From contig CAXXTB010000002.1 in assembly GCA_963676795.2 (NCBI GenBank), forward strand, positions 480,001 to 544,000: a stretch of 64,000 nucleotides of DNA. The letters run 5' to 3'. The stretch comes from Geopsychrobacteraceae bacterium (GTDB lineage Bacteria; Desulfobacterota; Desulfuromonadia; Desulfuromonadales; Geopsychrobacteraceae). A program made the position numbers and the translations under genes. The notes under the pieces were generated by a model. That model was not told where the DNA came from, did no database searches, and saw nothing but the letters and a program-made list of their open reading frames with translations. Shown piece by piece: positions 20,390 through 30,448 of this stretch (its first letter is position 1; each line of letters starts with the position of its first letter).

Positions 20390-21817
20390 GTGGCTGCAAC
20401 AGTTGTTCATTGGTTTCGTCAGGACCTGCGCCTGACGGATAATCCAGCTCTACTCAAGGCGGCAGAGCAGGGGACTGTGCTGCCGATCTATATCCTCGAC
20501 GACGCCAATGCCGGGAACTGGAAAATGGGAGCGGCCAGTCGCTGGTGGTTGCATCGTTCTCTGGCCGCACTGGATGATGCTCTGTCCGGCCGGCTGAATA
20601 TCTATCGTGGCCGAGCTGAAGAGCTACTGCCAGAGATTGTGCAGCGCTGCAAGGCCGCCTCAATCTGCTGGAATCGCTGTTACGAGCCCTGGCGGATTGA
20701 ACGGGACAAGGGGCTCAAGGCCAGACTGACCGAGCTCGGTTTTACTGTGCAAAGTTATAACGGTTCTCTGTTGTGGGAGCCCTGGCAGGTGCTCAACAGG
20801 CAGGGCCGTCCCTATAAGGTTTTCACTCCCTACTACCGCAAGGGCTGTCTGTCTCAGCCGGCTCCTCAGAATCCTCTTGCCGCTCCGGCTGAACTCAAAT
20901 TGGCGGACCCTGATGAAAACCGTCTGCCGCTCGCTGACCTGGAGCTGCTCGAAGGCTACCCATGGCATGCCAAACTGACGCACCACTGGTTGCCGGGCGA
21001 AGCGGGGGCCCGGCAGAGGCTGAACGATTTTCTTGAGCAGGGCCTGGCCGGTTATCGTGAAGGAAGGGACTTCCCGGCGCGGGACAATATCTCAAAGCTT
21101 TCACCGGCACTCCATTTTGGCGAACTCTCTCCCCGCCAGGTCTGGTATGCGGCTACGGCTGCCGCTCTGGAAAAGGGGCTGGCAGAGGACCTGGACTGCT
21201 TTCATTCTGAGTTGGCCTGGCGCGAGTTTTCCTATTATCTGCTCTACCATTTTCCGCAACTGGCGACGGACAATTTTCAGCAGAAGTTTGACCGCTTCCC
21301 CTGGCAGCAGGAGGCTGAGTCGCTTGCAACCTGGCAGCGTGGGCTGACCGGCATACCGATTGTCGATGCCGGGATGCGCGAGCTGTGGGAAACCGGCTTC
21401 ATGCACAACCGGGTGCGGATGATCGTCGCCTCCTTTCTGGTCAAGAATCAGCTGCAGCACTGGCACGGCGGCGAACGCTGGTTCTGGGATACGCTGCTTG
21501 ATGCCGATCTGGCCAGCAACAGTGCCGGCTGGCAATGGGTTGCCGGCTGCGGCGCCGATGCCGCGCCCTATTTCCGGATTTTCAACCCGGTGACACAGGG
21601 GCAGAAGTTCGATGCCAACGGGCTTTATGTGCGGCGCTTTGTTCCGGAACTGGCCGGGCTTCCCGATAAACATCTGCATGCTCCCTGGATGGCGCCGGAC
21701 TCTGTCCTGAACCATGCGGGGGTGGTGCTGGGGGAGACTTACCCGCAGCCGCTTGTTGACCTCAAGGCCTCTCGTCAGCGGGCTCTGGATGCTTATGCCG
21801 GGATCAAAGTCGTTTGA
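20390..21817 (+). CDS. phrB: Deoxyribodipyrimidine (CPD) photolyase
   Basis: WFRQDLRLTDNPAL, SKLSPALHFGE, WREF, TGIPIVDAGMREL, MHNRVRM, N.AGWQW, PYFRIFNP. Confidence 0.95.
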   Translation: MAATVVHWFRQDLRLTDNPALLKAAEQGTVLPIYILDDANAGNWKMGAASRWWLHRSLAALDDALSGRLNIYRGRAEELLPEIVQRCKAASICWNRCYEPWRIERDKGLKARLTELGFTVQSYNGSLLWEPWQVLNRQGRPYKVFTPYYRKGCLSQPAPQNPLAAPAELKLADPDENRLPLADLELLEGYPWHAKLTHHWLPGEAGARQRLNDFLEQGLAGYREGRDFPARDNISKLSPALHFGELSPRQVWYAATAAALEKGLAEDLDCFHSELAWREFSYYLLYHFPQLATDNFQQKFDRFPWQQEAESLATWQRGLTGIPIVDAGMRELWETGFMHNRVRMIVASFLVKNQLQHWHGGERWFWDTLLDADLASNSAGWQWVAGCGADAAPYFRIFNPVTQGQKFDANGLYVRRFVPELAGLPDKHLHAPWMAPDSVLNHAGVVLGETYPQPLVDLKASRQRALDAYAGIKVV

Positions 21818-21834
21818 AAAACTCTAAATCTTAA

Positions 21835-22275
21835 GATCAAGAGCGCCGGTTCTCGCACCGGCAGGCGACACCCTTTTCTTTGGTCGCAAAGAAAAGGGTG
21901 CAAAAGAAACTCTTTGAAAACACTGACGCAATTTGTGCAGGTTGCTCTTCGTAGTTTTGAGGCTGCTATTCTCTGCACGCTCAGACAATCTGCTTTGCAT
22001 CTTGAATTCGCGCAATCGCAAAGCCGGTTCCCGGCTTGATGTATGAAACAGGCATTTGTTTAAACACCGTAGGTGTTTCTCCGGTTCTGCCCGTTGATGG
22101 GCTTGCCCATCTTGGTGCGCGTTGTTGATTGCTAGTGTGAAACTATGCAAAGACGCAGGAATACTTCAGACATATTAGAAGAGCGTTTTTGCCTACTTAT
22201 TGAAGCTCTGGTCAAAAAGTAGGGCGGCGTTCGGGGCCGCGACCCCGAGGTTTTGGTCTTGAGATTTTCCTTTTG
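21835..22275. repeat. Modular palindromic intergenic element, copy 1 (two convergent arms)
   Basis: Shares arm, end (CGGTTCTGCC...GATGGGC..GCCCATC) and GCAAAGCCGGTTCCCGGCTT modules with the elements at 34894-35170 and 61081-61488. Confidence 0.85.
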
Positions 22276-22292
22276 AGATTTTCTGAATGAGT

Positions 22293-22332
22293 AAAACCCA
22301 ACGCCCTGGCCGACAGAAGTCCGGGGCGTTGG
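22293..22332 (-). terminator. Terminator after the TctC-like gene
   Basis: CCAACGCCCTGG...CCGGGGCGTTGG stem with a T tail on the minus strand. Confidence 0.6.
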
Positions 22333-22354
22333 TGATTGTGTATCTTTTTTGCGG

Positions 22355-23359
22355 TTATGGTTTCGGGATTCCCAGGTCTGCCGGAGAAACCTTGGTATTG
22401 CCGGATTCCTGGAGAATCCAGGTGCTGGTTGACTGCCATTTTTTCAGGAACTCGTCAGCTTCTGCGCCGCTGATGTTCATGTTGACGGCGCCGAAATCGT
22501 TGATGAAAGCCTGGAATTTAGGTTCTGATGCGCCCTTCTTGAAGGCTTCGACCAGTTTGTCGCGAACATCTGCCGGGGTATCGCGCTTGACCCAGATGCC
22601 GTAGAAAGGCCCCCATGGCAGGTATTTGTTGAAGCCTGGGAAGTCCTGGGTGATCAACGGAATATCTTCAAGGCCCGGAATCGGTTCGTTGGCAACCACC
22701 GCCAGCGGTCTGATCCGGCCGGCGCGGATATGTTCGCGAACAGCTGTCAGGCCGGCCGGCATGACATCGACATGGCCACCCATAAGTGCTGTTACGCCGG
22801 GCCCTTCGCCGTTGAACGGAACACGGGTCACGTCAAAGCCGGTAACGGCCTGGATCATGGCGCCGACCGTGAACGGGATGCCGCCGGGGCCGGTCGAGCC
22901 CATTTTGACCTTGCCCGGATTGGCCTGGGCGTACTCGATCAGCTCCTTGAAGGTTTTAAACGGAGCGTCGATGTTGGCGACGATGACCCCGACCCCGTGA
23001 GCCAGAATATTGACCGGGTAGAAATCCTTGTAATCGAGTTGAGACAACTGGAGAACCCTGTGCAGCTGAGGGTTTTCCGCGCCATAAAGGATGGTGTAAC
23101 CATCCGATGGGCGGCTGTAGACGTACTGGGTGGCGATGGCGCCGGTCCCGCCCGGTTTGTTGACGAGTACAATCTGTTTGCCAAGAAATGGTTCAACATA
23201 GGGCGTTATCGCCCGGGCGACATTGTCGGTTGCTCCCCCGGCCCCCCACATGATGACCCCCTGCATGTCCCTGCTCGGAAAATCTGCCGCCAGGGCAGAG
23301 GTTCCCATCGCCAGCATTGCGATCAGGGTCATAAAAAGTTTGACGCATCTGTTTGACAT
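22355..23359 (-). CDS. Tripartite tricarboxylate transporter substrate-binding protein (TctC/Bug)
   Basis: Signal peptide, FP.R....W.AGGATD..AR, NKPGGTG, DGYTIL, ALMGGHVD. Confidence 0.92.
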   Translation of the reverse strand: MSNRCVKLFMTLIAMLAMGTSALAADFPSRDMQGVIMWGAGGATDNVARAITPYVEPFLGKQIVLVNKPGGTGAIATQYVYSRPSDGYTILYGAENPQLHRVLQLSQLDYKDFYPVNILAHGVGVIVANIDAPFKTFKELIEYAQANPGKVKMGSTGPGGIPFTVGAMIQAVTGFDVTRVPFNGEGPGVTALMGGHVDVMPAGLTAVREHIRAGRIRPLAVVANEPIPGLEDIPLITQDFPGFNKYLPWGPFYGIWVKRDTPADVRDKLVEAFKKGASEPKFQAFINDFGAVNMNISGAEADEFLKKWQSTSTWILQESGNTKVSPADLGIPKP

Positions 23360-23584
23360 CGTTGTCCCCCTTTTCTGAAATGGTTGATGACTAATATTTA
23401 TATGCGATGGTCGACTTAATGTAAATAATTGATTGTCATAGGTTTTCCAATAATTCCAACGGGAGGGCGCCGGTGCAGCTCAGAGCCGATTCGCAGGGAT
23501 AAAAAACTGTCTTGAAGATAGTTTGGTTTTCAAACTAGGTGTGTTACTGTAGGTAAAGTTAACTGTTTTGGTAGGGAACGCTTT

Positions 23585-24637
23585 ATGTTGATGAACTTTA
23601 TTCTTGAATTCTGGCACATTTTGGTCGATTCGGCTCCCTATGTGCTCTTCGGATTTTTTGTTGCGGGTCTGCTCAAGGCTTATCTGCCGGAGGATCTGGT
23701 GGCCAGGCACCTGAGCGGCAGCGATGCGAAGTCGGTGTTGAAGGCGTCGCTGTTCGGTATCCCGTTACCGCTCTGTTCCTGCGGTGTCATCCCTGCGGCG
23801 ATCGAACTGCGCAAGCAGGGCGCGAGCAAGGGCGCGACCTCCTCATTCCTGGTGTCGGTACCGGAAACCGGCGTCGATTCGATTTCGATCACCTGGGCAC
23901 TGCTCGACCCGCTGATGACGGTGATCCGTCCGCTTGCGTCGCTGATCACGGCAATCGCGACAGGACTGCTGGTCAACAGGCTGCCAGACGAAGGGGCTGT
24001 TGCCAGGGTGCAGCCGAGTCCCGGCTGTGGCTGACGTTCTCAGTCCGGCGAGAGTTGCTCGTCCAGACCAGAACAGTCCCATCTGCGCAGACTCCGTGAT
24101 GGTTTAGCTTATGCCTTCGGCGAATTGCTCGGTGATGTCGGCAGTTGGCTGCTGGGCGGTATTGCCATCGCCGCCCTGATCGGCGTTTTTGTACCGGAAG
24201 ACTTTTTTATCCGCTACCTGGGGAACGAAACCCTGTCGCTGTTCATCATGCTGATCATTGGCATTCCGATTTACATCTGTGCCAGCGCTTCGACACCGGT
24301 TGTCGCCGCTCTGATTCTCAAAGGACTCTCTCCGGGAGCTGCGCTGGTTTTTCTCCTCGCCGGGCCGGCGACCAACGCAGCGACCATCACCGTTGTTACG
24401 CGCTATTTCGGCCATAAGGCGACCGCCGTCTATGTACTGACGATTTCAGCCTGTTCCCTGGTTTTGGGCTGGTTGACCAATCTGCTCTATCAGGGTCTTG
24501 ATCTGGATATCCTGAGCTGGGTTGAAAGCGGGACCGCAGAAAGCGCGTCCTCCTGGGCTAGCGTGGCCGCGATTGCTCTGCTTCTGCTGATCTGCAGGAG
24601 GTTTCTGCCCAACAGGAAAGGCTGTTGCGGCAGTTAG
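23585..24637 (+). CDS. SO_0444/DUF318 family metal permease, probable selenoprotein (in-frame TGA at 24032-24034; 350 aa if read through)
   Basis: ORFs 23585-24034 and 24125-24637 share one frame, separated only by a TGA; PLPLCSCGVIP and IYICASASTP family motifs lie on either side; SECIS-like hairpin follows the TGA. Confidence 0.88.
24032..24074 (+). promoter_or_regulatory. Sec codon plus bacterial SECIS-like hairpin
   Basis: UGA c GUUCU ca GUC c GGCGAG [AGUUG] CUCGUC ca GAC c AGAAC; apical loop begins 18 nt after the UGA, with G at loop position 2. Confidence 0.8.
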
Positions 24638-24809
24638 TGTCCATGCGGAAAACCCGGGGGGCACGAAGCAGGTTTTCAGATTGGAAACTCGCTCGATTTT
24701 GATGCGCTTGGAGGCTTTTTTCTGGACAGCGCGAAGCCGTCATGTCATGAGAAAGGATGACGCCGCGACCTGATGCGGCTTTTGACTGTCAGCAGGGGGA
24801 AATTTGCTC

Positions 24810-27038
24810 ATGGCTTCAGTTCTGCGTTCTCTTCGTACCCGTCTCAGGGCGCAGCCCGCCGGTCAGCGCAACGGCGCCGGTCTCGGCACTTTCGTCGGTG
24901 TCTTTACCCCGACGATCCTGACCATTCTCGGCGTCATCATGTACCTGCGTTTCGGCTGGGTTGTCGGCCAGGTTGGTCTGTGGCTGTCGCTGCTGATCGT
25001 GTTGATGGCCAACGGCATTACCCTGATTACCGCCTTCAGCTTTTCCGCCATCGCTACCAACACGCGGGTTGGGGTCGGTGGGGCTTATTTCATGATTTCG
25101 CGCAGCCTCGGACCGGAAATCGGCGGGGCGATCGGTATTCCGCTGTTTTTTTCCCAGGTGCTGTCGGTTACCCTCTATGCCTTCGGTCTGGCCGAGTCGC
25201 TGCGTTTTGTCTGGCCGGCGATCCCCGTCCAGGGGGCCGCATTCTGTATCATCCTGCTTGTCGGCTTTCTCGCCTATCGGGGGGCCGGTGCCGCTCTTAA
25301 GTTGCAGCTGCCGATCCTGTTGCTGATCATTTTGTCGCTGCTGGCGCTGGCCGGGGGCGTGCTGTTTGGCAATGGTAGTGAACAGGTCGCGGAACCGGCG
25401 ACGTTTGTCGATGTCGGCTTCTGGGCCGTCTTCGCGGTTTTTTTCCCGGCAGTGACCGGGATCATGGCGGGGTTGAGCCTGTCCGGCGATCTGGCAGATC
25501 CGCGCCGTTCGATCCCGCGCGGGACGGTGCTGGCCACCCTGGCCGGGTTTGCCGTCTACCTGATTGTTCCCCTCTTGCTCTTTTTGGGCGCCGGGGGGGC
25601 TGCACTTAGAGACGATTCGCTGATCTGGACGCGGATTGCCCTGCTCGGCCCCTGGCTGGTTCTGCCCGGGCTCTGGGGGGCGATCTTCTCTTCGGCTGTC
25701 GGTTCGATTCTGGGTGCCCCGCGCACCCTGCAGGCCCTGGCCCTTGACCGGCTGGCGCCCTCCTGGCTGGCAAAAACCAGGAACGGTACCGAGCCGGTGA
25801 CGGGGCTGGCCGTTTCCCTTGTCATCGCCCTGCTGACCGTTTTTCTCGGTGACCTCAATACCGTGGCTGAGGTCGTCACCATGTTCTTCCTCAGCGTCTA
25901 CGGTACGGTGAACCTGGTGGCCGCGCTGGAGCACCTTTCGGGCAATCCCTCATGGCGCCCCGATATCCGTACCCCCTGGTGGCTTTGCCTGGTCGGTGCC
26001 CTCGGTTGTCTGGGGGTGATGTTGCTGATCAACCCGCTGGCCAGCCTGCTGGCGGTGCTGGTCATCGTTGGCCTGTGGCTGCTGCTGCGCCGGCGCGAAC
26101 GACGCGAGGCCTGGGGAGATGTGCGCCGTGACCTGTTCGAGGCGATGATCCGCTGGGCACTGATCCGGCTGGCGAAGCGGCCGATGACGGCCCGCAACTG
26201 GCGTCCCCATGTTCTCGTCTTTGTCAGCAATATCGACCGCCGCCTGCCGCTGGTCCGTTTCGGCGACTGGTTCAGCCAGGGGCGGGGAGTGGTGACGGTT
26301 TGCGAACTGGTTGTCGGCGATCTGCTCCAGATCGATTTTGATATTTCGGAACGGACCGGCTATATCAACAAAACTCTTGGGAATGCCGGGATAACCGCCT
26401 TCGGTGAAGTCGATGTCGTCGACAATATTGAACAGGGGATCATGGCTGTCGCCCAGGCCAACGGTATCGGTGATATGGAATGCAATACTGTGATGCTTGG
26501 CTGGCCTGACGATCTGCAGCGGCTGACCCACTTTATCCGCGTTATCCGCCCTTTGAGCCAGATCCAGCGTTCGCTGCTGGTCGGCCGGGTCGAAGAGCTT
26601 CCCCCCTTGCCTGAAGGGGAGCGGCGCACTATCCATGTCTGGTGGGGCGGGCTGCAGCGCAACGGCGACCTGATGCTGCTGCTTGCCTACCTGCTGTCGC
26701 GCAACAGCGAGTGGCTGGATGCCCGTATCCAGATTATGAGTGTGGCCTCCAACCCGATGGCTGCGGAACAGACCAGGCGCCTGCTCTCCGGACTGATCCC
26801 CGAGGTCCGTATCGAGGCGGAGGTCGATGTCATGGTTAAGCCTGAAGGGGTGAGCGTGACGGAGCTGATCCACTCCCGCAGCGACAAGGCGGACCTGGTC
26901 ATTCTCGGTCTGGCGATGCCTCTAGAGGGGCAGGAGGAGGAGTATGCCCTGCGCATCACCGAACTGGCCGCCGAGCTGCGCTCGGTCTTTTTCATTCACA
27001 ACGGCAGCCTGTTTATCGGTGAGCTGGTAACTCAGTAA
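24810..27038 (+). CDS. Cation-chloride cotransporter (SLC12/CCC-like amino acid permease family)
   Basis: GVFTPTILTILGVIMYLRFGWVVG, GGAYFMISRSLGPEIGGAIG, FFPAVTGIMAG, NWRPHVLV, C-terminal cytosolic domain with VWWGG. Confidence 0.9.
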   Translation: MASVLRSLRTRLRAQPAGQRNGAGLGTFVGVFTPTILTILGVIMYLRFGWVVGQVGLWLSLLIVLMANGITLITAFSFSAIATNTRVGVGGAYFMISRSLGPEIGGAIGIPLFFSQVLSVTLYAFGLAESLRFVWPAIPVQGAAFCIILLVGFLAYRGAGAALKLQLPILLLIILSLLALAGGVLFGNGSEQVAEPATFVDVGFWAVFAVFFPAVTGIMAGLSLSGDLADPRRSIPRGTVLATLAGFAVYLIVPLLLFLGAGGAALRDDSLIWTRIALLGPWLVLPGLWGAIFSSAVGSILGAPRTLQALALDRLAPSWLAKTRNGTEPVTGLAVSLVIALLTVFLGDLNTVAEVVTMFFLSVYGTVNLVAALEHLSGNPSWRPDIRTPWWLCLVGALGCLGVMLLINPLASLLAVLVIVGLWLLLRRRERREAWGDVRRDLFEAMIRWALIRLAKRPMTARNWRPHVLVFVSNIDRRLPLVRFGDWFSQGRGVVTVCELVVGDLLQIDFDISERTGYINKTLGNAGITAFGEVDVVDNIEQGIMAVAQANGIGDMECNTVMLGWPDDLQRLTHFIRVIRPLSQIQRSLLVGRVEELPPLPEGERRTIHVWWGGLQRNGDLMLLLAYLLSRNSEWLDARIQIMSVASNPMAAEQTRRLLSGLIPEVRIEAEVDVMVKPEGVSVTELIHSRSDKADLVILGLAMPLEGQEEEYALRITELAAELRSVFFIHNGSLFIGELVTQ

Positions 27039-27041
27039 ACT

Positions 27042-28190
27042 TCAGTTGACTGGCTCAAGCCGCAGCAGTTTGCCGTTATTTTCATCGGTCAGCAGATAGA
27101 GCAGTCCGTCCGGCCCCTGTCTGACATCACGGATGCGTCCGAAGTTGTTTTTTATCAGCCGCTCCTCGTGGACGATTTTATCCCCGTCCAGCTCAAGCCT
27201 GACCAGCATCTGGTCCTTTAGGGCTCCGACAAAAAGATTTCCCTGCCATTGCGGGAATCTGTCTCCCGTATAAAAAGCCATTCCTGACGGGGCGATGGAC
27301 GGAACCCAGCTGTAGATCGGCTGTTCCATCCCGTCCTTGTGAGTTCCTTCGCCGATCCTGGTTCCGCTGCCGTAATTAACACCATAGGTGATGACCGGCC
27401 AGCCGTAGTTGGCGCCGGGGCGGATGATGTTGATCTCGTCCCCCCCTTGCGGGCCGTGCTCGTGAGTCCAGAGTTGCCCGCTTTGCGGGTTGATGGCCGC
27501 TCCCTGCATGTTGCGGTGACCGAGGTCGAACTTTTCCGGCTTCCAGTCAGGCTGGCCGACAAAGGGATTGTCGGCAGGGACGCTGCCGTCGTCGTGCAGG
27601 CGGATGACGGAGCCGGCATGATCTCCCGGTTGTTGCGCGCGCTCTTTCTCGCCCCGATCACCCAAGGTGATATAGAGGTCGCCCTGCCGGTCGAACACAA
27701 GCCGGGAACCGAAATGCTGTCCCTTGGCTGATTTAGGTTCCATGCGGAAGATGACCTTAAGGTCGGTGAGCTTGTTCCCGTCCAGTCTTGCCCGGGCGAC
27801 TTCCGTTCCATAGCCGCCGGAGCCTTGGGCTGCATAACTCAGGTAGATCAGCTTGTTGGCCGAGAAGTCCGGATGGACAGCAATATCGAGCACCCCCCCC
27901 TGGCCATGCACGGTGATCTGGGGCAGCCCAGTGACTGCTTGCGGATCAAGAGCATTAGCGCTGAAAAGTCTTAATCGGCCCGGCTTCTCAGTGATCAGGA
28001 TGTTGCCGTTTGGCAGAAAAGCAAGCGACCAGGGATGGTCGAGTCCGCTGGCCAGCTCGGCAACCTGAAAACTTTGTTTTTCACTCTGGAAAGACCTGGG
28101 GGCCTCTTTGAATCCAAGCAGCAGGGTCATCCCGGAAAACAGCAGAATAGCCAGCACCAGCATGGAGAGTTGAATCGAGATTCGCTTCAT
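27042..28190 (-). CDS. PQQ-dependent sugar dehydrogenase (YliI/GSDH family), exported
   Basis: GLDHPWSLAFLP, GQGGVLDI, HFGSRL, GHRNMQG, EHGPQGGDEIN, NYGWP, GRIRDV. Confidence 0.93.
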   Translation of the reverse strand: MKRISIQLSMLVLAILLFSGMTLLLGFKEAPRSFQSEKQSFQVAELASGLDHPWSLAFLPNGNILITEKPGRLRLFSANALDPQAVTGLPQITVHGQGGVLDIAVHPDFSANKLIYLSYAAQGSGGYGTEVARARLDGNKLTDLKVIFRMEPKSAKGQHFGSRLVFDRQGDLYITLGDRGEKERAQQPGDHAGSVIRLHDDGSVPADNPFVGQPDWKPEKFDLGHRNMQGAAINPQSGQLWTHEHGPQGGDEINIIRPGANYGWPVITYGVNYGSGTRIGEGTHKDGMEQPIYSWVPSIAPSGMAFYTGDRFPQWQGNLFVGALKDQMLVRLELDGDKIVHEERLIKNNFGRIRDVRQGPDGLLYLLTDENNGKLLRLEPVN

Positions 28191-28261
28191 AATTCATCCC
28201 TTTCGTGATTGCAGGGTTGAAAGATGATCATAACACGAATGGTAGAATCGATTCTGTCTGG

Positions 28262-28296
28262 AAAAAACGCCCGGCAGCTTGTTGTCTGCCGGGCGT
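28262..28296 (-). terminator. Terminator after the dCache MCP gene
   Basis: ACGCCCGGCAG...CTGCCGGGCGT stem with a T6 tail on the minus strand. Confidence 0.7.
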
Positions 28297-28340
28297 ACCT
28301 TTAAGTGCTTGCGTTGAAATCAACTGCAAGAATGCAGTGA

Positions 28341-30448
28341 TCAGTATTTGCCGAATTCATCATCGTCAAGGGCAATGTTTGGTTTGCTTGTCTCTACATG
28401 CCCCCAACTTGCCGCGACTTTCTTTTTTTCTTTTGCCGGTGCAGGAATGGCGGTTTTGGCAGCGGCACGTGGAGCCGGTACGCTGCGCTGGGAGCTTGTC
28501 GGTTGCCCATTCAGGTTGAACTGGCCGATCAGTTCGCGCATATAGGCCGATTGTCCCGAAAGCTCTTCGGCCGCTGCGGCACTTTCCTCAGCACCGGCTG
28601 TGTTGCGCTGAACCACCTGGTCAACCTGGGTCAGACCATCATTCACCTGGACGATTCCTTCCGCCTGATCCTTGGAGGAGGCGGCAATCTCAGCGACCAG
28701 GTCTGAAGTTTTGCCGATGCTGGTAACGATCTCGGTCAATGAGGCGGCGGTACGATTAGCGATCTCTGTACCGTTTTCACCCTTTTGTACACTGCTTTCG
28801 ATCAGGTTAGCTGTCTCCTGGGCTGCTTTGGCGCTGCGTGCGGCGAGATTACGGACTTCTTCGGCAACAACCGCAAATCCTTTACCGTGTTGACCTGCGC
28901 GTGCCGCCTCTACAGCGGCATTCAATGCCAGCAGGTTGGTCTGGAAGGCGATTTCGTCAATCGTTTTGATGATCTTGCTGATGCTCTGTCCTGATTCGTT
29001 GATATCCCGCATTGCGGTGATCATCTGTTGCATCTGGCTGCTGCCCAGATCAGCTGCATTGCGAGCTGCCGTTGCCAGCTGGCTGGCAGTTGCCGCATTT
29101 TCTGCATTGATCTGGGTCCGGCCCGAGAGCTCGTTGAGGCTGGCGCCGATCTCTTCGATCGCCGAAGCCTGTTCGGTTGCGCCTTGCGACAGATCCTGGG
29201 CCGAATCTGAGACCTGGTTGGATCCTGAATCGATTTGTTCACTGGCCGCACTGATCTGCGAAAGGATTTCATTGAGTCGTTCTGTCATGCTGCGCAGCGC
29301 GCGGCCGAGGACATCCTGGTCTGAGGCGAGTTGGACGTTTTGGGTCAGATCGCCGGCGGCAATTGCCTCGGCCAGTTCGGCGCGTTGCTGGAGACTGTCA
29401 GCCATGGAGTTGAGGGCATGGCCCAATTCACCGATCTCGTCATTGCGTTTCAGGGTCAAGCGATTGCTTAAGATCCCTTGCTGGATTTCCTTGGCAAAAA
29501 GAACGCCCTGGATAACGGCTTTGGTGACAGGTCTGACAATCAGCACGATGACTATTGCCAGGATCACCACGCCGATGATGCTGATGATCAAGTTTCTGAC
29601 GGTCAGAGCTTTGACTGTACTGAAGATATCATCAGTATCAGCAACAGCGACAATGGTCCAGCCGGTTGTCGGTTCGGTACTGAAGGCGGCTATTTTCTCG
29701 ATATTGTTGTCGGTATAGTTCAGCAAGCCGTTTTTATTGTTCAGTATGTTACGACCCCAGTCATAGTCATTGATATTAATTTTGAAAATAGCGTCCGGGT
29801 CGGAGTGTGCCGAGATTTTTCCCGTCGCATCAGTCATGTAGGCGAAGCCTTCCTGACCAATTTTGACTGGTGCGATAAATTCATCGGAAAACTTTGACAA
29901 ATCGATCGATGAAAACATGACGCCGATGATTTTGTTGCCGACTTTAAGGGGCTGAGCGATATTGAAAACGCCCTGACCGGTGACTTTGCTTTGGAGGACA
30001 TCGGAAATGTTGGGAGTTCCCTGCATCGCTTTTATAAAGTATTCGCGGCTCGCCAGGTCAAGCCCGACGACTGTTGCATTGGCGTGAGCAACGACCTTGC
30101 CCTGAGCGTTGATTACGCCCATGGAGGAATAGACGCTATAGTGGCTGATGAAATCGGCGAGATAGGAGCACACCGCGAGGGTTTCCTGTTCCGATGGCGA
30201 TTGATTGAGGGCTATATCGGTAAACTGTTGTTGCTGGCTCTGGGTAACGAGGTCGGCCTGGAGATCCTTGATCCAGGCGGTGACTTGGGTGGAAAGGCTC
30301 TCGGTTATCGCACTTTGCTGTTGGGTGATCGTTGTCTGGAAGGCGTCTTCGATAGAGAAATTGAGAGAATGCCAGAAATGAGCATGATCAGGATGATGAC
30401 GCCGATGACCGGTAGCAGGATACGGAAACGTAAAGACATGGATTTCAT
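28341..30448 (-). pseudogene. dCache methyl-accepting chemotaxis protein with a frameshift near 30350 (pseudogene or sequencing error)
   Basis: RBS plus ATG 30448 encodes [29 protein letters not shown] (TM1), which stops early; the dCache/HAMP/MCP body is in another frame; total span 2108 nt is one base short of a multiple of 3. Confidence 0.8.

Noticed and set aside
21793..22150. ORFs inside the repeat elements (21793-21978, 21824-22150, 34749-35154, 61164-61475)
   Set aside because: Their mutual similarity comes from the nucleotide repeat; frames and lengths are not conserved between copies
23511..23535. TTGAAGA...TTTTCAA palindrome as an ArsR/SmtB operator for the metal permease
   Set aside because: Spacing does not fit the usual SmtB-type box and no regulator gene is adjacent
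24638..24775. Possible short repeat element downstream of the permease
   Set aside because: Only weak inverted ends (TGTCC...GGACA) and faint similarity to 54266-54335; not enough support
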